64,000 bases of DNA from a virus (lineage: Duplodnaviria > Caudoviricetes). Position numbers and translations under genes: made by a program. The notes beneath the pieces are model-generated. The model worked only from the letters and a program-made list of their open reading frames with translations, ran no database searches and was not told the DNA's origin. Location: the IMG/VR virus record IMGVR_UViG_3300020177_000966. One strand, 5' to 3'. Positions 37,781 to 45,689 of the stretch are shown here, one piece after another. Position 1 is the first letter of the stretch; every line of letters starts with the position of its first letter.

Positions 37781-38291
37781 CGTCTTTAGCACCTCTTGCT
37801 AGATATTTTTCATTGTGAATCCAACGGTAACCTGCTTCGTGGATTTTATTAACATCTTTAACTTGAACAAATCTCATAAAGCCCCATTCCTTTTGCTTAC
37901 GTCCCATAAAGAACAAACTCCAACAAGGAATTTCATTACCTTCTGAGTCTTTAGCAAGTTCTAGCCAATGTAAATCATCTGCTGAACGCTTACGGAAATG
38001 TCCTGGCCCACGCCATACTCTTGTGCTTCCTACTACTGCACCTTCTTTACTAATAATAGGAATGTGTTCCCAATAACCACCTTTAAGAATAAATGTAGCA
38101 TAACCCCAAGGATGATCATGTAGTGTAGGTTCATCACTTACAAGAACTTTGTGTAGTGTAATATTAAAAGGAAAGTTCTTGCGTTCTTTTAAAAATACAT
38201 AATAACGGATAAGGTAAGGTACCTTTCCGTCTCTGTCTGTGATAACTCGACGCCTGCCGAGCTTGTCCATAATCTTAGAAAGGATAGTCAT
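37773..38291 (-). CDS. Cupin-like metal-binding protein
   Basis: LHDHPW..GGYWEH..LHWL cupin-like ligands; ATG at 38291. Confidence 0.55.
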   Translation of the reverse strand: MTILSKIMDKLGRRRVITDRDGKVPYLIRYYVFLKERKNFPFNITLHKVLVSDEPTLHDHPWGYATFILKGGYWEHIPIISKEGAVVGSTRVWRGPGHFRKRSADDLHWLELAKDSEGNEIPCWSLFFMGRKQKEWGFMRFVQVKDVNKIHEAGYRWIHNEKYLARGAKDDG

Positions 38292-38673
38292 CGTTAATTT
38301 CTCCTGCTTTTTTCTTTCCTTCGTAATCTTGTTTGCACATATCATATACGCTTTTAAAGTTGCGCCAAACTTTATCTAAACCTGGATAGAGTTCACACAT
38401 CTTATCGACTTGGTTTGGATCTATATTCATATTATTGTAGATCCAACTTATATCGATAGTGTCAGCAGTATTAGTGTCTATAGTAATTGTACCCGGAGTA
38501 CTATTATCAAATGCAATATCACTTGCACTGACACCTGCCCAGTACGATGTAGTTGTACCGTAGGTATCGTCTAAGTTAATAGTAACATCATCAGCAGTAG
38601 TATTATCTACAAAATTGTCCAACTTTAAATCACTTATATCGATAGTAAAACTATCATCCTTCTTTGATTGCAT
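38275..38673 (-). CDS. Hypothetical protein with D/T-rich N-terminal region
   Basis: ATG at 38673. Confidence 0.55.
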   Translation of the reverse strand: MQSKKDDSFTIDISDLKLDNFVDNTTADDVTINLDDTYGTTTSYWAGVSASDIAFDNSTPGTITIDTNTADTIDISWIYNNMNIDPNQVDKMCELYPGLDKVWRNFKSVYDMCKQDYEGKKKAGEINDDYPF

Positions 38674-39727
38674 TATACAACGCCTCTCCACTAAAAAATT
38701 GATTGTTAAGTTTTTTACGTTGTTTATCTAACGGAATATAATAATCTTTATAATTTTCCATATAATCAACAATTTTTTCTTTGAGTGGCTCTCTATATTT
38801 TTCGTATTGGGTATAATTCTTAGTCCAAATACTAGGATATTTAAATTCGTTTATTGCCATTTCACTATAGCTAAGTCTATCTGGCACCATTGGAATACAA
38901 TCTACTAGTAATCCTTCGTACCAACTAATGCCTAATGTTTCTTGCAAATTAGCACTAAACACAAGTTTAGCACGACCTAGTAGATTGTGATATTCGTTTT
39001 TAGTGAGCTCTTGTTCTTGACAAACAATAAACTCGTATTGTGTTAAGTGTTCCTTAAGATCTCTAAAGATCTCAATTTGTTTTTCAGGAGCAATGCGATG
39101 CGGAAACAAAATAATATTTTCTTTAGGCATATGTTTATAACTATCTAAACTATTTTTTAGATATTCCATAGGCCAACCTGCTCTTACTGTCTTACTAGTA
39201 TCTACCCAATCACGTTCTGGAGAACCATTAGGTTTAAAAGTATGTTGGAATAAATCAATGTGGAACTGGGTAGCAAAAAAATTGTTATCATAACATTCAT
39301 ACATAGAACGTTCAGCATTTCTTACCCAGGGTTTATTTCCAATTAGCCTACCTAAGAAATCCTGGGGATCATAACTGCCTGCATGCCACAAGCCACCAAT
39401 GCGAATGTTAACACCCAATAGCTCTGCCATGTAGCGTAGTTGTATAACTGTAGGATTCCAGGCATCGGTATAGAGAAAATAATCACCGTCCTTAATAGTT
39501 CCTGCACAGAACATTTCTCCTATTTGTTCTAGTTGTTTACTTTTGTAAACATTAGTACCACCAAAGTTAAGGAAAGCCCCAGGCGTTGTAGCCTGAGGCG
39601 TTTCCCCTCCACTAATAACTACAACTTCTTCATTTGTAGAGTTTCGCAGTTGTTTAGGAAGATACTCTTTCCACTGTTTAGTGTAGCGTGTATCTACTGC
39701 TTCAATATCTACAATGAAAATTGTCAT
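38654..39727 (-). CDS. GT-B fold glycosyltransferase (GT4-like)
   Basis: FPHRIAPEKQ, QETLGISWYEG..PMVPD (E-x7-E-like motif). Confidence 0.75.
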   Translation of the reverse strand: MTIFIVDIEAVDTRYTKQWKEYLPKQLRNSTNEEVVVISGGETPQATTPGAFLNFGGTNVYKSKQLEQIGEMFCAGTIKDGDYFLYTDAWNPTVIQLRYMAELLGVNIRIGGLWHAGSYDPQDFLGRLIGNKPWVRNAERSMYECYDNNFFATQFHIDLFQHTFKPNGSPERDWVDTSKTVRAGWPMEYLKNSLDSYKHMPKENIILFPHRIAPEKQIEIFRDLKEHLTQYEFIVCQEQELTKNEYHNLLGRAKLVFSANLQETLGISWYEGLLVDCIPMVPDRLSYSEMAINEFKYPSIWTKNYTQYEKYREPLKEKIVDYMENYKDYYIPLDKQRKKLNNQFFSGEALYNAIKEG

Positions 39728-39997
39728 TTAGTTACCTCGGTTGCTATTAAATCGGTTGTTATTGCCGCGATAGTTATTATTGCCGCGATTGTTGTTGCGG
39801 TCATTATTGCGTTTTTTCCCACCATTGCGGAACCTAGTATAGGCTTGCCATGCTGGACTCTTGTTGTTATAAAGATTTGCTTCGTCCCAAGTATAGCCGT
39901 TATGACCATATAGGTAAGCAGTTGCACAAAACGCTTTAAAACGTTCTAGGTCTTCAAACACTTTGTTATACGCTTCGCGATTAAATTCGATTGTCAT
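39728..39997 (-). CDS. Hypothetical protein with Asn/Arg/Gly-rich C-terminal tail
   Basis: KKRNNDRNNNRGNNNYRGNNNRFNSNRGN tail; GAGG RBS. Confidence 0.65.
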   Translation of the reverse strand: MTIEFNREAYNKVFEDLERFKAFCATAYLYGHNGYTWDEANLYNNKSPAWQAYTRFRNGGKKRNNDRNNNRGNNNYRGNNNRFNSNRGN

Positions 39998-40015
39998 AAT
40001 ATATATTCCTCTTAG

Positions 40016-40471
40016 TTATGACTTTGGATAAAAAATAGAACAGCCGTTTTCGTTGTCTTCAGCGACACTAATTTCTACAAAGCGGCCGGGATACTTTGCA
40101 GAAATTTCTTGATACAAGTCATCTGCGATCATCTCACATGACTTGTGATTCAGTTCAAGGACACCTTCGACATCATATAGTCGTTGCATCCAACGTTTAA
40201 ATTGAATAAACTCAATATCGCGATCGTTATGAAATACTTCAATACGAACACGGAAGTGAAAGATATGACGATGTGGAATACCAAGGAATGATACGTCATC
40301 CCAATCGCCGGTTGCTAGTTTAGGATCTTTATCAGCACCTGGGTACATATGTACACCTTCTTTTTGAAAGGTTACCCAAATACTACGTTCTGCTGTTGTC
40401 ATAGGGTTGCTCATTTTATTGTCTTCTTCTTTCATTCTACGTAACATATAATCGTGATATCTTTCTTGCAT
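40016..40471 (-). CDS. QueD/PTPS-like T-fold enzyme (6-carboxytetrahydropterin synthase candidate)
   Basis: EGVH..PHRHIFH (HxH), SCEMIA (cf. PTPS 'TxENIA'), terminal strand EISVAED; located among folE, queE and dpdA-like genes. Confidence 0.6.
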   Translation of the reverse strand: MQERYHDYMLRRMKEEDNKMSNPMTTAERSIWVTFQKEGVHMYPGADKDPKLATGDWDDVSFLGIPHRHIFHFRVRIEVFHNDRDIEFIQFKRWMQRLYDVEGVLELNHKSCEMIADDLYQEISAKYPGRFVEISVAEDNENGCSIFYPKS

Positions 40472-40480
40472 TGTCTTTAT

Positions 40481-40509
40481 AGTATACTTTCATTTCAATA
40501 CTTTGTCAA
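40481..40509 (-). promoter_or_regulatory. sigma70-type promoter
   Basis: TTGACA-17 bp-TATACT upstream of the QueD-like gene. Confidence 0.8.
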
Positions 40510-41023
40510 GCCCATATTTCGTCCAATCTGTAAACTTTTCTCTGTCCATTAGATCGTGCAAGCTATGACACCAGACACCTGGGTTAGTTGCCTTAAAATC
40601 TTTATCATCAATCTTCAACATAGTGTTGTAGTTCCACAGTTTCGCATAAGGCAATGGAATTCGAAGTTGTGGGATAAAGTTGTCATATTCTACTAAACTT
40701 GATTCAAGAAATGCTTCAGCAAGTGTAATAGGAATGTCTAAACTACAAATCTTACCTGCTGTTAGAAACGCTTTAATCATGTTTTCCCAAGGATCCCATT
40801 GATCTGCATCTTCAGGAAAGTTAGTACCTGGATTAAAACTATGATTAGCACCAAAGAAGATATGTTCGCACTGCTCTTCATCATAATGCTTTTGTATAAC
40901 ATCACAAGGTTGCACACCAGTTACAAACAGTGTCTTCATTCCATATGCAGGAGTCTTTTCAACTTCTACGCCTGTAAAGAAAACAATGTCATCTGCTGTG
41001 CCTGTTTCGTAATCTCTTTTCAT
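40490..41023 (-). CDS. Hypothetical protein between dpdA-like and queD-like genes
   Basis: 177 aa ORF; no family recognised. Confidence 0.65.
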   Translation of the reverse strand: MKRDYETGTADDIVFFTGVEVEKTPAYGMKTLFVTGVQPCDVIQKHYDEEQCEHIFFGANHSFNPGTNFPEDADQWDPWENMIKAFLTAGKICSLDIPITLAEAFLESSLVEYDNFIPQLRIPLPYAKLWNYNTMLKIDDKDFKATNPGVWCHSLHDLMDREKFTDWTKYGLDKVLK

Positions 41024-41031
41024 TCTTTCTA

Positions 41032-41241
41032 CTACTCTCCGTTTAATGAACGAAGTTCAGCTTCAAGTCGATGTATTTCGTCCTTAAACCATAACTTCAT
41101 TGTTTTCATTCTACGTACTTCTTCAGTTAATGTTTGATTATTATACTTGATTTCTAACTCTGTGTCAATGGCTCGATGTTTCCGTTTTAGTTCTTCAAGA
41201 TGTGATTCAATCTTTTCGCTAGTATTTGTGTAATTAGACAT
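41032..41241 (-). CDS. DUF465/YdcH-like coiled-coil protein
   Basis: LEELKRKHRAIDTEL..MKTMKLWFKDEI. Confidence 0.65.
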   Translation of the reverse strand: MSNYTNTSEKIESHLEELKRKHRAIDTELEIKYNNQTLTEEVRRMKTMKLWFKDEIHRLEAELRSLNGE

Positions 41242-42791
41242 TATACTTCCTCAAATAAATTACCAAAATGTGTTTGTGCATTTACAGTTTTTTTACCTGT
41301 TGCACCCCTAGTACCAATAATACTCATCCAAAATTTTGAGTGTTCTTCAATGATTTCGTTTGCTCTGTCTCTGTTGTCTGTTGCGAATATCGCATCCACA
41401 ACATCTCTAAATAAAACCCTGTCAAACTGTTCCTGAACAAGCATGGCTGGAAGATTTCCTTTATCATACTGTCTGTTTGCTTCTTGTACTGCATTTATGT
41501 GACTCCATACGTTATGCCCCATTTGAATAGCATAGCTAAAGCTATCCCAACTTGTTGAATCTTTTCCTCTTACAATAGGATTGCCGCTTTCATCTAAGAT
41601 CGGATTACCATGTTTATCACGGTCAATGTCACCTTTGAGGATTTTAGGTCCGCCTACTTTATTAGTATCTCCGGGGGCATATATACAAACATCATTAACT
41701 TTAATATTTTTAGTTAATGGACTATCTGTAAAGTTTTTAAAGATACCATCTTGTAATACTGCATCGCGAAAATTACGAGTATCATTTGCATATTTTAGCT
41801 CGTCGATACTAGGAACCATTCGATAGACCCATTTTGTTCTATCTTCAGTTTCTGTTTGAATGTAAATTTGTCCGTTAGCAGTTGCAAGGAAAGGACTAGC
41901 ACAGTCAAATGTAATTGTAAAGTTAGGATTGTGATACTTTCGAACTGCTCTTTGTACATCCGTTAGCAGTGTCGCCCACTCTAGTTTACTTGTACCTAAG
42001 AAATGCATGAAGTCATGTTTGCCTTTTTCAAGTAATCCGTCGAATCGTAGTGCAACAATACGTTTTAATGCTAGATGAATATCACACATGTTCTGACCAC
42101 CCATTGACCAACCATTAAAGTGTGTGTCAGGATACTTAACTGGATCGCAATAGTCTTTCATCTGCTGATACCAATCTTCTGCGTCAGCGTGATTTTCACC
42201 TTGCAAAACATTTAAGAACTTACAAGCACCAGTGCGATGTTTCATAAAGTAATCATTATTAATGCGTGTAGCATTAACTGCTTCTTGATATGTACTAATA
42301 CCTGTTGCTTTTACTCCTGCTGGCGAACGTGCCACCCAAGCCGGAATATCAAGGATCATTCCATAGTCCATGTAAGCATCCATCCACGCAAGAACTTGCT
42401 CACGTTTCTTTTGCGCCTTAGGACAGTTAGGATCTTTCCAATCACCTTCCCAAACACCCTTACCAATCTGGAAACCACCTGAGTCACCAAGTAGCCAACT
42501 GTTCTCTCTATCACGTTCACGCACCATTAGTTCTTTAGGTGCATCCTTGTTAATATCTAATTCAGCATGTCCTGCTGAATATAAGGTCCAGTGATAGTTA
42601 AACAATCCTTCTTTTTTGTTTAACCAATTCATACTTTCCATATTTGGATAAGGAATACGACTTTGTTCAACATATTCTTCTCTACGTTGCTTACCTATAA
42701 ATGTAGCATAAAACCCACTTAATGCAGGCAAGAATACTGCGTAGTCTTTTTGTGATGCTGTTAGATCCGTGTTCAATTTACTATTCTCCAA
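41241..42791 (-). CDS. TGT-fold guanine transglycosylase, DpdA-like (DNA 7-deazaguanine insertion candidate)
   Basis: LGDSGGFQ, MILD, VLQG, WSMGG, MHFLG and TFDCASP match TGT-family catalytic motifs; Que-pathway neighbours. Confidence 0.75.
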   Translation of the reverse strand: MENSKLNTDLTASQKDYAVFLPALSGFYATFIGKQRREEYVEQSRIPYPNMESMNWLNKKEGLFNYHWTLYSAGHAELDINKDAPKELMVRERDRENSWLLGDSGGFQIGKGVWEGDWKDPNCPKAQKKREQVLAWMDAYMDYGMILDIPAWVARSPAGVKATGISTYQEAVNATRINNDYFMKHRTGACKFLNVLQGENHADAEDWYQQMKDYCDPVKYPDTHFNGWSMGGQNMCDIHLALKRIVALRFDGLLEKGKHDFMHFLGTSKLEWATLLTDVQRAVRKYHNPNFTITFDCASPFLATANGQIYIQTETEDRTKWVYRMVPSIDELKYANDTRNFRDAVLQDGIFKNFTDSPLTKNIKVNDVCIYAPGDTNKVGGPKILKGDIDRDKHGNPILDESGNPIVRGKDSTSWDSFSYAIQMGHNVWSHINAVQEANRQYDKGNLPAMLVQEQFDRVLFRDVVDAIFATDNRDRANEIIEEHSKFWMSIIGTRGATGKKTVNAQTHFGNLFEEV

Positions 42792-42966
42792 ATGCCTTAA
42801 AGGCTAACAAAGGTACAAGCCACGGATATACTAAATGTTCTATCAACTCGTATATAACAATAATAGTAAGTACTATTGCCCATGTTCTGCTTGTCTTTGC
42901 TTTTTCACTAACATAATTAAATAATCTTGAATGTAGTTTGCCTATTTTATCTATGAGTTTACTCAT
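42781..42966 (-). CDS. Small membrane protein
   Basis: One or two hydrophobic helices (WAIVLTIIVIYELIEHLVYPWLVPLLAF). Confidence 0.6.
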   Translation of the reverse strand: MSKLIDKIGKLHSRLFNYVSEKAKTSRTWAIVLTIIVIYELIEHLVYPWLVPLLAFKAFGE

Positions 42967-42978
42967 TCGTCCTTTCTT

Positions 42979-43725
42979 TTACTTGCTTTGCGCTGGTAAA
43001 ATATAATCGTATGTTGCCATGCCTGAATCTACGCTAATCTGCATAGCACCTTGATCACTTAGACTCATAGTTGTATCACCGTCTAAGTTAAGAATACTTT
43101 GAACTTGTGCAATTGGATATGTCCATGCGTGTGTAAGATTTCCTTCAACACCGGTTGCAAAAACAAATTTACCTGCGTGTGTATTTGCGTCACCAAAGTA
43201 AAATACTAGATCTTTTACGCCGCCAGTTTCTTCAACTTTTGCTGTAAATGTAGTTTCTTCTGAGTGTGCCGCACTTTGTAATTTAAGTCTTGTAATAGAT
43301 GCTACACTTGGAGTTAGTGAAACATTCCATGTTGCACCTTTAAACTTAACACTTTTAAGTTTTTCGTTAATAATTTCAGTTACCATAAAACGGAAGTCGT
43401 TCTGGAAGTCACCTGCTTCGTTTTCAAAGTGAATACCAGTTGGAACTGTTGCACCATTGCGTTCTTGTTTAATAATAGTAAGTTTACTATTCTTTTGATA
43501 TTCTGGATTCTTCAAATGCAATGCAAGTTTGTCCAGATTAGGCATACCAAAAATGTTCTCGCCAAACTCTTCAACTTTTTGTTTAGTTGAACTTGAAAGA
43601 ATGACTGAACGATCCTCTGCCATTGATTCAACTGTAGTTGATGTTTCGTCGCCTGTAACTTTTACCAAACTCAAAAAGCCTAGTGCATGTGTTTTAGCAA
43701 CGATATCTTGTAAAATGTCTTTCAT
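42979..43725 (-). CDS. Probable DNA polymerase sliding clamp (gp45/PCNA-like)
   Basis: 248 aa, acidic, alternating beta/alpha pattern, C-terminal YDYILPA strand, close to the polymerase. Based on size and context, not a strong motif. Confidence 0.55.
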   Translation of the reverse strand: MKDILQDIVAKTHALGFLSLVKVTGDETSTTVESMAEDRSVILSSSTKQKVEEFGENIFGMPNLDKLALHLKNPEYQKNSKLTIIKQERNGATVPTGIHFENEAGDFQNDFRFMVTEIINEKLKSVKFKGATWNVSLTPSVASITRLKLQSAAHSEETTFTAKVEETGGVKDLVFYFGDANTHAGKFVFATGVEGNLTHAWTYPIAQVQSILNLDGDTTMSLSDQGAMQISVDSGMATYDYILPAQSK

Positions 43726-43745
43726 AATGATTCTCCTATTGTTAG

Positions 43746-43774
43746 ATTATACGACATATTTGTTTAAATGTCAA
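43746..43774 (-). promoter_or_regulatory. Consensus sigma70 promoter
   Basis: TTGACA-17 bp-TATAAT upstream of the clamp-like gene. Confidence 0.85.
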
Positions 43775-43789
43775 GTGTTTTTTTACCTT

Positions 43790-44224
43790 TTATCCCTGGG
43801 GATGATAGGCATTACCTTCTCTGTTCGATACTCTTTTGCGTAGATCGCTTGAGCTAAATCTATGCTCTCTTTTATTGAAATAAAGTTCAATTCCTCGCTT
43901 GGCACATATTGCTCTTCCGGTAAATTTGCCGTTTTTATATTCTTCGCCAAGAATCCTTACATCAATATGAAGCATATTTAGAATATCTTCTAAATCAGTT
44001 TCTGTTTGATAAGGAATAATTTCGTCAACATACTTAACTGCACTGAGTTGAATATGTCTTTCAACAATTGTTTGAACAGGTGAGTTCTTTTCTGGCCGAT
44101 CAATACTGGGATCAATTTGTAATCCACAAATTAGATAATCACATTGTTCTCTTGCATCTCGTAACATTTGTATATGTCCTGCATGAAGCAGATCAAATGT
44201 ACTACATGTAAAGCCTATTTTCAT
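43790..44224 (-). CDS. TagD-like (glycerol-3-phosphate) cytidylyltransferase
   Basis: TFDLLHAGH (HxGH), VKYVDEII, FSSSDLR. Confidence 0.85.
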   Translation of the reverse strand: MKIGFTCSTFDLLHAGHIQMLRDAREQCDYLICGLQIDPSIDRPEKNSPVQTIVERHIQLSAVKYVDEIIPYQTETDLEDILNMLHIDVRILGEEYKNGKFTGRAICAKRGIELYFNKREHRFSSSDLRKRVSNREGNAYHPQG

Positions 44225-44940
44225 TTAAAGCCTCGTTCTTTTAAAAAGTTTTCTACTGTGTATTTAGGTCTGTGGCCTAATGTTCTCATTGCTCTTGTAT
44301 TTGCCTGGGTAACTTGTCGTTCACCAATAGTATTTAACTTAACAGGTAAATCGGGTCTTATTTCTTGGATACTAACAGTAGTTCCTGTACCAATATCAAT
44401 AGGACCTTGTACTTGACTGTCAATAAGCAATTCAATTCCATCGCAAAGATCTTCAATATGAATAAAGTCTCTTTTATGAGCTGTAACATATTCTAGTTTA
44501 TTGTTTAGTAACTTATCAAAGAACATATTTGCTCTTGGACTAGGGCCATATACTGTATGGAATCGCATAAAGCAAACATTAGGATGAGGAATAAACTCAA
44601 TTACATGTTTACTTGCCGCATACGGATTTAATTCTGGTTCGTATTGTGAGCTTGATCCTGCGACTAGCACTCTTGCATTTGGATAATAATTTAAGATACG
44701 TTTAGTACCTTCTACATTAGTATCCCAATATTTTTTAGGGTCAGCTAGACTTTCTCGAACTCCTCCAATACCGGCTAGGTGTATAACTACATCTACAACA
44801 CTAGGATGCGGTAAATCGCAAGTTAAAATATCGTCGCCTTCCTTAATATCTAATCCTAGTGTATCAAATTTTTTATCTAATCGACTAGTAAGTACAGTTC
44901 CAATAAATCCTTTATGGCCAGTTATTAATATGTTAGTCAT
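44221..44940 (-). CDS. NAD-dependent epimerase/dehydratase (extended SDR)
   Basis: ITGHKGFIG, IHLAG, YAASK, RFHTVYGP, RDFIHI. Confidence 0.88.
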   Translation of the reverse strand: MTNILITGHKGFIGTVLTSRLDKKFDTLGLDIKEGDDILTCDLPHPSVVDVVIHLAGIGGVRESLADPKKYWDTNVEGTKRILNYYPNARVLVAGSSSQYEPELNPYAASKHVIEFIPHPNVCFMRFHTVYGPSPRANMFFDKLLNNKLEYVTAHKRDFIHIEDLCDGIELLIDSQVQGPIDIGTGTTVSIQEIRPDLPVKLNTIGERQVTQANTRAMRTLGHRPKYTVENFLKERGFK

Positions 44941-45688
44941 TTTTACTCCTAAGTTGTTGGTTACTTTTTACAGCACTTTCTAAGATTAGTAGCGAACATC
45001 CAATTTCTTCTGCACTATGTAGTAATGCTTTTGTGTCTTTAGGAAAACAAGCGCCGCCAAATCCTCTTTCACCATCTGGACCAGGAACCTGCATATGACT
45101 ATGTGTAATCCTATCGTCCATTCCTACCAATGCCTTAACTTGATTATAATCTATGCCTGCTGTTTCACATAGATTAAACGCTTCATTAAAGAAAGCAACC
45201 TTTGTTGCTAAAAAACTATTTCGTAAATACTTTGTTAAAATTAATTCTTCTACTGTTGCGTATATTGGATTAAAGGCTTTACATTCTATAAACACATCAT
45301 TCCAAAATTCTTTATTACCACCACCAAATAACATCTTATCTTGGTTTTTAAAATCTTCATTGGCATTTGCCGCAGTTAAAAATTCAGGACTAAACGTAAT
45401 TTCTTTATTGTATGTTTCAAGTTGTTTCCATCCTTCTAAACTAATAGTACTTTTAATTAAGATAGGTTTGCTATTAGGACATTCTTTAATTACTGACTCA
45501 ACAATAGACATATCACATACACCAGTTACAGTCGATGGAGTTGGCACACACACGATATATCCGTCACTGTCGTCTTGAATTTCATTGTTATTATAAGTAG
45601 GATCTACAATTTTAATATCATAATGATTTTTTAGTAGTTCATATACAGCCTTGCCTACAAATCCGTATCCGATTAAAGTTAATTTCAT
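44933..45688 (-). CDS. UDP-glucose/GDP-mannose dehydrogenase family (lacks C-terminal domain)
   Basis: IGYGFVG, VCVPTP, IKSTI, SPEFL, GFGGACFPKD catalytic Cys. Confidence 0.88.
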   Translation of the reverse strand: MKLTLIGYGFVGKAVYELLKNHYDIKIVDPTYNNNEIQDDSDGYIVCVPTPSTVTGVCDMSIVESVIKECPNSKPILIKSTISLEGWKQLETYNKEITFSPEFLTAANANEDFKNQDKMLFGGGNKEFWNDVFIECKAFNPIYATVEELILTKYLRNSFLATKVAFFNEAFNLCETAGIDYNQVKALVGMDDRITHSHMQVPGPDGERGFGGACFPKDTKALLHSAEEIGCSLLILESAVKSNQQLRSKND

Positions 45689-45689
45689 A

